From NCBI GenBank assembly GCA_963798845.1, contig CAWCUS010000001.1, positions 320,001 to 384,000 of the forward strand: a stretch of 64,000 bases of DNA, read 5' to 3'. The DNA is from an uncultured Gemmatimonadales bacterium (GTDB lineage Bacteria; Gemmatimonadota; Gemmatimonadetes; Longimicrobiales; RSA9). A program made the translations under genes and the position numbers. Position 1 is the stretch's first letter; every line of letters starts with the position of its first letter. The notes beneath the pieces are model-generated. The model was not told the origin of the DNA. It searched no databases and saw only the letters and a list, made by a program, of their open reading frames with translations. This document shows, piece by piece, positions 30,141-39,021 of this stretch.

Positions 30141-30587
30141 ATGCTGAGAGCCCACGATGATCAGGACACCGACGCGCGGCTCCGGGCGGCGCTGGAAGCC
30201 AACGGCCAGCGCTTCACGGAGCAGCGGGCCGCGGTGTATCGCTACCTGCGCAGCACCGACAGGCACCCGTCCGCGGACGCAGTGTTCACGGCGGTGCGCG
30301 AGGTGATCCCCGACATATCGCTGGCGACGGTCTACAAGTCGCTGGAGACACTGGTGAGCTGCGCGCTTGCCAGCAAGCTGACGTACGGCGACGGGTCGGC
30401 CCGCTACGACGGTCGCACGGACCCGCACCCGCACGCGCGGTGCCTGTCGTGCGGCCAGGTGCGGGACCTCCCCGGGCACCTGGACGCCCACACGGTGACG
30501 GGTCTGGGCGACATCCCCGGGTTCGAGGTCGAAGCCTACCGCGTCGAGGTAGTGGGCACGTGCGCGGAGTGCGGCCGGTCCGACTGA
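30141..30587 (+). CDS. Fur-family transcriptional repressor (PerR-like)
   Basis: RFTEQR.AV, HPSADAVF, ISLATVYKSL, RYDG..PHPHARCLSCG, G.CAEC. Confidence 0.92.
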   Translation: MLRAHDDQDTDARLRAALEANGQRFTEQRAAVYRYLRSTDRHPSADAVFTAVREVIPDISLATVYKSLETLVSCALASKLTYGDGSARYDGRTDPHPHARCLSCGQVRDLPGHLDAHTVTGLGDIPGFEVEAYRVEVVGTCAECGRSD

Positions 30588-31053
30588 GGTCGCCGCGCGC
30601 GTGACCGCCGGCACATGTCGGCGACACGGCCGCCGCTGGTTCAACCGGGCCAGCTCATCCGCCCCCGCTGGCGAATCCTCTCCGCCCATCCCCTTCCCCG
30701 TTCTCCCGCCCGACCCCGGGGTTCCGGCTCCTCCCGTCAATGCGCGCGCCTTTCGGCCGTTCTCGGCGCCCGGCGCGGCTCGTGCGGGGGGAGCCCGGGC
30801 GGGTCGCGTTTCCGGGGCCGCAGTATGGCGTCATGTTCACGGAAATGGCCACACCGGGTAAAACGCGCCGCCAGAACGGTCGTTGAATGCGCCGAATTGT
30901 GCATTTTGTACGCGACGCATGTAACAAGAAGCACAATGCCGTTGACAGAGCGGGCTGTTCGATGATATCTACGTGCGTCCGTCCACGCACACCCGCACAG
31001 CGAGGCCGTACATGGCGCAGGGGAACTCCGGAAACACGAGCACGATCGAGAGA

Positions 31054-32457
31054 ATGAGCCGAGTGACGAACGACCTGGTTCCGGACCACAAGGTCCGGCC
31101 GATGCCGGACGCGGAGACACGGCGGACGGCGGGGGCGACGAAGGAAGACGTGATGGGGATGATGGAGCGAACGGGGGTGCGCTTCCTCCGTCTCCAGTTC
31201 ACGGACATCACGGGCGCGGTGAAGAACGTGGAGGTCCCGGAGAGCCAGTTCGAGAAAGCGCTGGAAGGGGACATCATGTTCGACGGCTCGTCGATCGAGG
31301 GTTTCGTCCGGATCGAGGAGTCGGACATGATCCTGAAGCCGGACTTCGACACGTTCTCGATCTACCCGTGGGGGGACGCCGACAATCGTGTGGGTCGTCT
31401 GATCTGCGACGTGTACACGTCGGACGAGAGGCCGTTCGCCGGGGATCCGCGGCAGGTACTGAAGCGGCAGATCGCGGCGGCGGCGGAAATGGGGTACGGC
31501 CTCATGGCGGGTGTGGAGGCGGAGTTCTTCCTGTTCCATCGGACGGAGGACGGGGCGCCGACGCGGCGGACGCACGACGCGGGCGGCTACTTCGACCTGG
31601 GTCCGGTGGACCTCGGAGAGATCGCGCGTCGGGACATGGTGAACATGCTGACGGCGATGGGATTCGAGGTGGAGGCGGCGCATCACGAGGTGGCGCAGGG
31701 ACAGCACGAGATCGATTTCAAATACGAGGACGCGCTGACCACGGCGGACCACCTGTCGACGTTCAAGTTCGTGGTACGGAACATCGCGGTGAGGCACGGA
31801 CTGCATGCCACGTTCATGCCGAAGCCGATCTTCGGGCAGAACGGCTCGGGGATGCACACGCATCAGAGCCTGTTCGCGGGAGGGACGAACGCGTTCTACG
31901 ACCCGTCGCACGAGGACGGGCTGTCGGACGTGATGCGGCACTATGTGGGCGGGATCCTCAAGCACGCGCGCTCGTTCTGCGTGGTCACGAATCCGCTGGT
32001 GAACAGCTACAAGCGGCTGGTCCCCGGATACGAGGCGCCGGTGAACGTGGCGTGGTCGCACCACAACCGTTCGCCGATGGTGAGGGTCCCGGCGCGTCGG
32101 GGCAAGGGAACGCGCCTGGAGCTGCGCATGCCGGATCCGTCGTCGAACCCGTACCTGGCCCTGGCGGTCCAGCTGGCGGCGGGGCTGGATGGCATCCGGA
32201 ACGAGACGGAGCCGCCGGAGCCGGTGGACAAGAACATATTCGAGCTGACGGTGCGGGAGCGTCGGCGCTACAAGATCCAGGAGCTGCCGAAGGACCTGGG
32301 TGAAGCGGTGGGTGAGTTCCGGAAGAGCCAGCTGATGAAGGATACGCTGGGCGATCACGTCTTCCAGCACTTCATCACGGCGAAGGAGCACGAATGGGCG
32401 GACTACATCGCCCAGGTGCACGAGTGGGAGATCGACCGTTACCTGGCAGCGTACTAG
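31054..32457 (+). CDS. glnA: Glutamine synthetase type I
   Basis: RLQFTDI.G..KNVE, FDGSSIEGF, GVEAEFFLF, HHEVAQGQHEI, ATFMPKP, NGSGMHTHQSL, NSYKRLVPGYEAP, ELRMPDPSSNPYL. Start uncertain (31012/31054/31063/31102). Confidence 0.96.
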   Translation: MSRVTNDLVPDHKVRPMPDAETRRTAGATKEDVMGMMERTGVRFLRLQFTDITGAVKNVEVPESQFEKALEGDIMFDGSSIEGFVRIEESDMILKPDFDTFSIYPWGDADNRVGRLICDVYTSDERPFAGDPRQVLKRQIAAAAEMGYGLMAGVEAEFFLFHRTEDGAPTRRTHDAGGYFDLGPVDLGEIARRDMVNMLTAMGFEVEAAHHEVAQGQHEIDFKYEDALTTADHLSTFKFVVRNIAVRHGLHATFMPKPIFGQNGSGMHTHQSLFAGGTNAFYDPSHEDGLSDVMRHYVGGILKHARSFCVVTNPLVNSYKRLVPGYEAPVNVAWSHHNRSPMVRVPARRGKGTRLELRMPDPSSNPYLALAVQLAAGLDGIRNETEPPEPVDKNIFELTVRERRRYKIQELPKDLGEAVGEFRKSQLMKDTLGDHVFQHFITAKEHEWADYIAQVHEWEIDRYLAAY

Positions 32458-32488
32458 GGCGCGCCGGGCACGGGAGCCGGGTCCGCCC

Positions 32489-33658
32489 TTACGCTCTCCG
32501 TGCCGCGGCGGCGGCGGGAGCGCTGCGAGGGACGGAGACGCGGACGCGGGATCCCTGGGTGGCCGGGTCGGAGGTGACCTGGCCACCCAGCTCCGTTTCC
32601 ACGAGGGCGCGCAGCACCGACTGCTCCATCTCGACGGACACCCGCCCCTCCTCCCCCGCACCGGTGTAGGGAATCCCGTCGTCGGCGAGGATGATCTCGA
32701 TGCGATCGGGTTCGGAGCGGAAGGTGGCGGCGATCTGCCCCTTCCTCCCATCGGGGAAAGCGTGGCGGAGCGCGAGCGAGCCGAGCTCGTTGACGGCGAG
32801 GGCGAGGGCGAAGCCGTAGCGCTCGGGGATGGTGTCGTCGTCGCCCGTGACGGAGATCGCGATGTCGGCGTCGGGGCGGAGCGTATTCTTGAGGCGCTGC
32901 AGAACGCGGTCGATGATCTCGCGCATCCGGATGCCGCGATAGCTGGTCTGGCGGAAGCCTTCGTAGGCGACGAGGAAGGAGCGGAGCCGGTTTTCGAGGC
33001 TGAGCAGCGCCTCGCTGGCGGAGCGTCCGGAGTCGCGAGTCCGCTCCAGCGTGACGAGCCCCATGATGATGGAGAGGTTGTTCCGGACGCGGTGATCGAG
33101 CTCTCGGAGCAGGGCCGCCCGGTCCTCGGCGTCGCGGCGGGCCTGCTCGTAGAGGCGATAATTCTGTTCGGCGAGCTCGGAAGCCTGGCGCGTCGCGGTC
33201 TGCAGCGCCCGCTCGGTGCGGTGGGCCCGCAGTCGCGAATCGATGCGCGCCCGTAGCTCGGCTACCTGGAACGGCTTGGCCACGTAGTCGTCGGCGCGCG
33301 CGTCGAACGTCCGGACCACGTCCTCCGGCGCGGTTCGGGCGGTGACCATGATGACGGGAAGGAGCGGATCGATCCGCTCTTTGATCTCCCGGCAGATGGT
33401 CCAGCCGTCGGTGCCGGGGAGCATGGCATCGAGCAGGATGAGGTCGGCTCTGTGCAGGCGGTCGAACGCCTCCTCGGCGTTGGAGGCCGCGATGACGTGA
33501 TAGCCGTGGGCTTCGAGCAGGTCGGAGAGCGTGTCACGCGCGAGCGGCTCGTCGTCCACGACCAGGATCGTCGGAGGCCCTTCGGGGGCGAGGACCTCCG
33601 ATGCGGGGTCGGGCCGGCTCATGGCGACGCCGGACGGGGCGGAAGCTGCAAGGGCCAC
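32489..33658 (-). CDS. Hybrid receiver + HisKA_2 histidine kinase (degenerate HATPase)
   Basis: ILVVDDE..LLDAMLP..VTAR..YVAKPF receiver, ELDHRVRNNL H-box, NELGSLALRHAF, DDGIP. Confidence 0.85.
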   Translation of the reverse strand: MALAASAPSGVAMSRPDPASEVLAPEGPPTILVVDDEPLARDTLSDLLEAHGYHVIAASNAEEAFDRLHRADLILLDAMLPGTDGWTICREIKERIDPLLPVIMVTARTAPEDVVRTFDARADDYVAKPFQVAELRARIDSRLRAHRTERALQTATRQASELAEQNYRLYEQARRDAEDRAALLRELDHRVRNNLSIIMGLVTLERTRDSGRSASEALLSLENRLRSFLVAYEGFRQTSYRGIRMREIIDRVLQRLKNTLRPDADIAISVTGDDDTIPERYGFALALAVNELGSLALRHAFPDGRKGQIAATFRSEPDRIEIILADDGIPYTGAGEEGRVSVEMEQSVLRALVETELGGQVTSDPATQGSRVRVSVPRSAPAAAAARRA

Positions 33659-33665
33659 GTCCCCC

Positions 33666-34256
33666 TCAATCCCTTTGCAGAAGCGGTGCTGCGAGCAGAA
33701 TCTTCCGAGCGAGGTCGATCATTGGAGTGTTCTTGTCCTGACTGGTCTTCTGCAGGAAGCGGTAGGCGTCCTGCTCGGACATCTTGCGAGTCTCCATGAG
33801 GATCCCCTTCGCGCGCTCGAGCACCTTCCGCTCTTCCAGCTTGCTGGCCAGCGTGTCCCGCTCCTGGCGCGCCCGCATCCACTCGTCGAACCTGGCCTTC
33901 GCCACGGATATGGCCGGGGCGAGGTCGTCCGGATCGACGGGCTTGACCAGGTAGTGGAAGACGGGGGAGCGCGTGGCGTCGTCGACCGTCCGCGCATCAC
34001 TGTACGCCGACAGGATGATGATGGGGATCGGGCGTTCCTCGTGGATCTTGAGCGCAGCCTCCGGGCCGGTCATCACCGGCATGCGGATGTCCAGGATCGC
34101 CATATCCGGCCGCTTCTCCCGGGCGAGCTCCACGGCCTCCTGCCCGTTCGCGGCGGTGGCGACGATCTCGTGGCCGAGCGCTTCCAGCTGACTGGTGAGC
34201 GCCAGGTTGTGCAACGCCTCATCGTCGGCAATGAGAAACCGAAAGGACTGCGCCAT
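33666..34256 (-). CDS. ANTAR-domain response regulator (PdtaR/EutV/NasT-like)
   Basis: LIADDE, ILDIRMP, LSAY, YLVKP, ANTAR ERKVLERAKGILME..SEQDAYRFLQKTS..MIDLARKI. SD GGAG. Confidence 0.93.
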   Translation of the reverse strand: MAQSFRFLIADDEALHNLALTSQLEALGHEIVATAANGQEAVELAREKRPDMAILDIRMPVMTGPEAALKIHEERPIPIIILSAYSDARTVDDATRSPVFHYLVKPVDPDDLAPAISVAKARFDEWMRARQERDTLASKLEERKVLERAKGILMETRKMSEQDAYRFLQKTSQDKNTPMIDLARKILLAAPLLQRD

Positions 34257-34309
34257 GGAACACCACTCCGTGAAAGTGAACGCCCTGCGCCGGAACGCGT
34301 CCGTGGAAC

Positions 34310-34343
34310 AAAAAAAACGGCCCGGCTCCAGACGGGAGCGGGC
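34310..34343 (-). terminator. Intrinsic terminator in the 5' leader of the ANTAR operon
   Basis: Minus strand GCCCGCUCC-CGUCU-GGAGCCGGGC-CG-U8, about 54 nt upstream of the ATG. Confidence 0.7.
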
Positions 34344-34482
34344 AGGCAACACCCATTCGATCGGCCGTATCCGACAGCGCTGAAGTTGCCGGGGGCGCGA
34401 TCCGCGCGCAAGAGGCTGAGGCATCGCGCCACCGGCGGGGGGCGGCCCCTGCGGCACCGGCGTCCTGACGGAGCCAGGTCCA
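34310..34482 (-). ncRNA. Candidate structured leader/attenuator or sRNA (~175 nt)
   Basis: 5' CCUGGCUCC/GACG pairs with 3' CGUC/GGAGCCGGG. Inner stems GCAGG/CCUGC, CGCCC/GGGUG, GCCGG-GGCGCGAU/AUCGCGCC-CCGGC and UCGG/CCGA. Ends in U8. Confidence 0.45.
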
Positions 34483-34653
34483 ACCCCGTACCAACTATCA
34501 TCGATGCGCAATATATTTCCGCGGTGCGGGGGGCGCGGTGTGTCGGACCGGGCGACCCCGGGCTGGTCCCGTCCTTGCATTTTTCATATTCGACACGTTG
34601 CGCTCATCCGCGCTGTCGCGGTCGCAGGCATCCGATATGGACGAAGCCACGGA

Positions 34654-36609
34654 ATGATCAAGCGTTTGCTCCTGCTCCTCGCCGCCGCTCTGGCGGCTCC
34701 CCCGGCCACCGCCGTCCTGCGCGCCCGACCCCTCCTCCCACCTGGTGGTTCAGCGATCTCGAGCGCGGCTCTTCCGGCGGCGACTTCGAGGGCCGGAGTG
34801 ACTCGAGGGACTCCGGCCTCTCCGTCCGCGGCGGAAGCTCCGGCGGCTCGGGCCGCGGCGGTGGCGGCGGTGAGCGCGCTGTCGCAGGAGGTGGAGCGAG
34901 CGATCGTGTCGCAGCGGTGGCGAGGCGACCACTGGGGAGTGTTGGTGGTTTCGCTGGACGCCGGAGACACGCTGGTGTCGCACGAACCGACGCGGGAGCT
35001 GGAGCCGGCATCGAACCTGAAGCTGTTCACCACGGCGGCGGCGCTGCACTACCTGGGTCCGGAGTTCCGCTACACGACGTACCTGGCTGGAACGGGCCCG
35101 ATGCAGCGGGGCGTGCTGCAGGGGGACCTGGTGCTGTACGGGACCGGTGATCCGACGCCCTCGGGGAAGTTCTACGAGCCGGAGCAAGGCGCGTACGAGG
35201 CGCTGGCCGACTCCCTGGTGGAGATGGGGGTGCGTCGGATCGCGGGTGACATGGTGGGCGACGGCTCCTATTTCGAGGGTCGGCCGGTGGGAAGCGGTTG
35301 GGAGATGCGGTACGTGACGCACACGTACGCCGCGCAGGGAGCCGCGCTGTCGTACAACGACAACGTGGCGACGCTGCACGTGAAGCCGGCGGACAGTGTG
35401 GGCGCGCCGCCGCGAGTGGAAGTGCTGCCCGCCGGGGCGGTGCAGCTGCGCAACGAGGCGAAGACTGTCGCGTCGGGCCGGTCGTGGATCGAGGTGGAGC
35501 GGGCGGGCTACGACGCGCCCATCGTGGTGCGCGGGCAGATCCAGCGGAGCCACGCCGGGCTCTGGCGGGCCGTGCCGGTGGTGGACCCGGCGCGCTTCGC
35601 CGCGTCGGTGATGCGGGACCTTCTGGCCGAGCGGGGGATCACCGTGGAAGGGGCGGTTCGCGCGGTGCACGACCCATCGGAGTCGCCGATCACGGGAAAG
35701 CACGTGTTCGCCCCGTCTCTGGAGAACTCCCCGGCGATCCAGGTCCTGGCGGTACACCACTCGCCTCCACTGATCGACATCATCCGGGTGATCAACCAGC
35801 GGAGCCACAACGTGTACGCCGAGGCGGTGCTGCGTACTCTGGGTCGGGTGACGGAGGGCCGCGGCTCGGTGGAAGGCGGCCAGTCCGCCGTGCACGCACT
35901 GCTCGAGGACGTCGGCGGCGGCGCGGCTTCGATGGTGCACATGGATGACGGCTCCGGGCTTTCGCCCCTGAACCGCGTCACGCCCGCGGCGGTCATCGAC
36001 CTCCTCCGCTACATGGCGGACTCGGCCCATTTCGACGACTTCCTGACCACGCTCCCGGAAGCCGCCACGTCGCGAGGGCTGCGCCGGATGCAGAACACGC
36101 CGGCGGCCGGCAACCTGCGCGCGAAGACGGGGACGATCGAGCATGTCTCGGCGCTCTCCGGCTATGTCCGGGCGCGAAACGGCGAGCGGCTGGCCTTCTC
36201 CATCATCAGCAACGGCGTGCCTTCCACATGGAAGGCGAAGCGGATCGAGGACCGGATCGGCGCCCGCCTCGCCGCGTTCGACCGCCCCGTCCCGGTGCGG
36301 CGTCCCATCGCCGCGGCGCCGGCGACAGGGCCGCAGACCGACCCCGCCCCGCCGCCGTCCGCGCCGGTGGAGGCCCGCGTTGCGGCGGGCGACACGACCG
36401 CCGCCAGCGCGCCAACAAGAGAGAAGGCGGAGGCCTCGCCGGCCTCCCCGATGCCTTCGACCTACACGATCCGCTCGGGCGACACGCTGGACGGGATCGC
36501 GCACCGCTACGATCTCACGGTCGCGGCGCTGCGCCGTGCCAACCCGGACGTGAACCCGCGCCGGCTGATCCCGGGCAGGACGCTGAAGCTCCCCACCGGA
36601 ACGGACTGA
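34654..36609 (+). CDS. dacB: D-Ala-D-Ala carboxypeptidase/endopeptidase (PBP4, S13) with C-terminal LysM
   Basis: PASNLKLFT (SxxK), QRSHN (SxN), DGSGLS..NR, RAKTGT (KTG), YTIRSGDTLDGIA LysM. Confidence 0.92.
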   Translation: MIKRLLLLLAAALAAPPATAVLRARPLLPPGGSAISSAALPAATSRAGVTRGTPASPSAAEAPAARAAAVAAVSALSQEVERAIVSQRWRGDHWGVLVVSLDAGDTLVSHEPTRELEPASNLKLFTTAAALHYLGPEFRYTTYLAGTGPMQRGVLQGDLVLYGTGDPTPSGKFYEPEQGAYEALADSLVEMGVRRIAGDMVGDGSYFEGRPVGSGWEMRYVTHTYAAQGAALSYNDNVATLHVKPADSVGAPPRVEVLPAGAVQLRNEAKTVASGRSWIEVERAGYDAPIVVRGQIQRSHAGLWRAVPVVDPARFAASVMRDLLAERGITVEGAVRAVHDPSESPITGKHVFAPSLENSPAIQVLAVHHSPPLIDIIRVINQRSHNVYAEAVLRTLGRVTEGRGSVEGGQSAVHALLEDVGGGAASMVHMDDGSGLSPLNRVTPAAVIDLLRYMADSAHFDDFLTTLPEAATSRGLRRMQNTPAAGNLRAKTGTIEHVSALSGYVRARNGERLAFSIISNGVPSTWKAKRIEDRIGARLAAFDRPVPVRRPIAAAPATGPQTDPAPPPSAPVEARVAAGDTTAASAPTREKAEASPASPMPSTYTIRSGDTLDGIAHRYDLTVAALRRANPDVNPRRLIPGRTLKLPTGTD

Positions 36610-36635
36610 CCGGCGGCGTCGCGAGCGCGCCGCCG

Positions 36636-37685
36636 TCAATCGGCGAGGAGACGGCGGGCGGAATGGAAGGAGTGGCGGAGAAAACGCTCCAGGTGGAGGT
36701 CCCCCGACAACACGTTGAGTTCCACACCGCCGTTGCCGGCGGAAGCGTGGATGATGCGGGGGCCGCCCAGGGCGAGAGCGACGTGGTTGACGCGGCGCCG
36801 CTCGGCGAAGAACAGGAGATCGCCGGGGACGAGGTCGTCCCACTCGTCTCCGGGCGACACCTCGACCCCGATGCGGACCTGCATGTCGGAGTCGCGGGGG
36901 AGCGGCAGGCCGTGGAGCCGGAACACGGACTGGACGAAGCCCGAGCAGTCCACACCGCCTGGCGTCACTCCGCCCCAGAGGTACGGCGCCCCGAGCCACC
37001 GCCGCGCTGTGCTTGTGATGCTCTCGCCGCGGGGCGGGAACCGATCCCGGAGCCCGTCCACCGCCACCACCTCCCCCTCGCCCAGGCGGCCGGTCCGCCC
37101 GTCGGGCAGAACCACGCGGCCCGGAGCGTGCTGAAGGAAGCGCGCGCCCCAGGGCAGGCGCGCGAACGGGCGATCAGCCTCGTCGACCACGACCGCGCCG
37201 AGAGACACGAGCGGATCTCCGCCCGTGCCCCGCTCCCACGCCAGCGCCCACTCGGCGGGCCCACGCACGATGAATCCGCCGTGGACCCACCCCACGTGGC
37301 GGTCCTCGCCGCGGATTCGCCAGAAGGGGCCGCGCCGTGACAGCAGTCCGAGACGGCTCCCGAGGACGTACTGCGTGAGCTGAGTGGAGTTCATCGTGGG
37401 GCGCCGATAGACCGGGGCAATGGGCGCCCGCACGAGCGCCTCTCCGCGTTCCCCGAGCGCCGGATCGGGGAGCGTCCGGATCCGGACTTCGGCCTCGACG
37501 CCAGCGTCGCGAAGCCGCTCCCGCAGCGTCGCTTCCGCAGCGGGGATCGTGCTGGCGCCATCCACGCGGATCCCCACGGCTCCAAGCCCGGTGCGGATCT
37601 CGAACACGTCCAGCCGCGGGTCGGGCACCAGCTCGGCGCTGACCGACCCGGCGATCCGGCGGACTCGATCGAGGGCGTCGTCCAC
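36636..37685 (-). CDS. NlpC/P60 (C40) peptidase with SH3-like domains (YkfC-like)
   Basis: LTQYVLG, HVGWV, LGAPYLWGG..GVDCSGFVQ, LPRDS, PGDLLFF, VNHVAL, IIHAS. GTG start at 37685 inferred. Confidence 0.88.
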   Translation of the reverse strand: MDDALDRVRRIAGSVSAELVPDPRLDVFEIRTGLGAVGIRVDGASTIPAAEATLRERLRDAGVEAEVRIRTLPDPALGERGEALVRAPIAPVYRRPTMNSTQLTQYVLGSRLGLLSRRGPFWRIRGEDRHVGWVHGGFIVRGPAEWALAWERGTGGDPLVSLGAVVVDEADRPFARLPWGARFLQHAPGRVVLPDGRTGRLGEGEVVAVDGLRDRFPPRGESITSTARRWLGAPYLWGGVTPGGVDCSGFVQSVFRLHGLPLPRDSDMQVRIGVEVSPGDEWDDLVPGDLLFFAERRRVNHVALALGGPRIIHASAGNGGVELNVLSGDLHLERFLRHSFHSARRLLAD

Positions 37686-37693
37686 GCTGCGCG

Positions 37694-38011
37694 CTATCCG
37701 GCTGCGGTGCCGCCCTTCGTCCCGGGCCCACCCGCTTTCCACTGTCCGAACGGGTTGCGGGCGGCGCCCGGCGTGTCCTGGCGGAGCGCGGCCATGCGCA
37801 GGCGGCGCCTCAGCTCGAAGACGGACATGGCGCGGATGCTCCGCTCGGCGGTCATGCGGTTCTGCCAGCGGACCTCCGCGAGCATGAGATGGTGCGGCTC
37901 GTCGCCCGCGGGGTGGAGCACCAGGTACCACCGGCCGTGATGGCGCGGCGAATCCTCCTCGAGCGCGGTGGCGATCCACTCGCGCCCGTCCTCACCAGTG
38001 AAGTTCTTCAT
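37694..38011 (-). CDS. Hypothetical protein (105 aa)
   Basis: MKNFTGEDGREW..; ATGA overlap with the upstream gene; lies in the fabI operon. Confidence 0.75.
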   Translation of the reverse strand: MKNFTGEDGREWIATALEEDSPRHHGRWYLVLHPAGDEPHHLMLAEVRWQNRMTAERSIRAMSVFELRRRLRMAALRQDTPGAARNPFGQWKAGGPGTKGGTAAG

Positions 38012-38238
38012 GCCAGTCTCTTCGGCTCCGATCGTTCGAACAGGTCGGCGAGCTCAGCGTCCGTGAGCCCGTCCAGCTCCCGGCCCGCCTCGCCTTTCGA
38101 GTCGCCGGGGAGTGGCGTCTGCCGCGGTTCGCCGGCATTGCCGGCAGCGGGGGCGAAGATGGCATAGAGCGCGCCGAAGGACTCGCGCCCGACCACGACG
38201 TCCCAGATGCGGCCGCGGCCGTCGGTGAAGCGCCGCAC
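38008..38238 (-). CDS. Hypothetical protein (76 aa)
   Basis: MRRFTDGRGRIWDVVVGRESFG..LTDAELADLFERS; 3-nt gap after fabI. Confidence 0.75.
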   Translation of the reverse strand: MRRFTDGRGRIWDVVVGRESFGALYAIFAPAAGNAGEPRQTPLPGDSKGEAGRELDGLTDAELADLFERSEPKRLA

Positions 38239-38241
38239 GGG

Positions 38242-39012
38242 TCAGTACCCCAGGATGTTGTAGCCCGAGTCGACGTGCAGGACCTCGCCGGTGATCCCAG
38301 CGCTGGCGTCGGACAGGAGGAAGAGCGCGGCGCGGCCGACATCTTCCTGGCTGACGTTGCGGCGGAGCGGCGCCCGCTCCTCCACGATGTTCAGGATACT
38401 GCGGAAGTCGCGGACGCCGGAGGCGGCGAGGGTCTTGATGGGCCCGGCGCTGACGGCGTTGACGCGGATGCCGTCGGGGCCCAGGTCGGCGGCCAGGTAG
38501 CGGAGCGATGCCTCGAGAGCGGCCTTGGCGACGCCCATGACGTTGTAGTTCTCCACGACCTTCTCGGCACCATAGTACGTCATGGTGAGGATGCTGCCGC
38601 CTTCGGCCATGAGCGGGCGCGCCTCGCGGGCCAGGTGCACGAGTGAGTAGGCGCTGATCTCCATGGCCTTGAGGAAGCCCGCGCGGCTGGTTTCCGAGAA
38701 GCGGCCGTTCAGGTCCTCGCGGTTGGCGAAGGCGATGGAGTGGACGAGGAAGTCCAGCCCGCCCCAGGTCTCGCGGATGCGGTCGAACGTCTGGCGGACC
38801 TCGTCGTCATCGGCGACATCGCACTGAAGGACGAGCTCGGCATCGACGCTGTCTGCCAGGGGCCGGACCCGCTTCTCCAGCGCCTCCCCCAGGTAATTGA
38901 ACCCGAGCTTCGCCCCCGCGGCGTGGAGGGCGCGGCTGATCCCCCATGCGATGCTGCGGTCGTTGGCGACGCCGAAGACCATCGCCCGCTTCCCTGCCAT
39001 TGAACCCGGCAT
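38242..39012 (-). CDS. fabI: Enoyl-ACP reductase (NADH)
   Basis: [68 protein letters not shown]. Confidence 0.97.
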   Translation of the reverse strand: MPGSMAGKRAMVFGVANDRSIAWGISRALHAAGAKLGFNYLGEALEKRVRPLADSVDAELVLQCDVADDDEVRQTFDRIRETWGGLDFLVHSIAFANREDLNGRFSETSRAGFLKAMEISAYSLVHLAREARPLMAEGGSILTMTYYGAEKVVENYNVMGVAKAALEASLRYLAADLGPDGIRVNAVSAGPIKTLAASGVRDFRSILNIVEERAPLRRNVSQEDVGRAALFLLSDASAGITGEVLHVDSGYNILGY

Positions 39013-39021
39013 CCGTCCTCC

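Noticed and set aside
26803..30147. 1114-aa plus-strand ORF, and other long antisense ORFs (for example 34750-36999, 42826-45036, 55063-57348, 30655-32751)
   Set aside because: These are shadow frames of well-supported opposite-strand genes. They are Arg/Pro/Gly/His-rich with no motifs, as expected at this GC content.
30931..30960. Twin AxxG hexaloops (AC-AATGCC-GT; GACAG-AGCGGG-CTGTT) as an ANTAR site before glnA
   Set aside because: The first stem is only 2 bp, the loops are too close together, and the element overlaps the TTGACA -35, so it is probably not transcribed. A covariance-model check would still be cheap.
34370..34495. c-di-AMP or c-di-GMP riboswitch on the + strand upstream of dacB
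   Set aside because: Only isolated words match (CGCTGAA, AACCCCGTA, GGCAAC). The G-U pairs and U-tract favour a minus-strand RNA.
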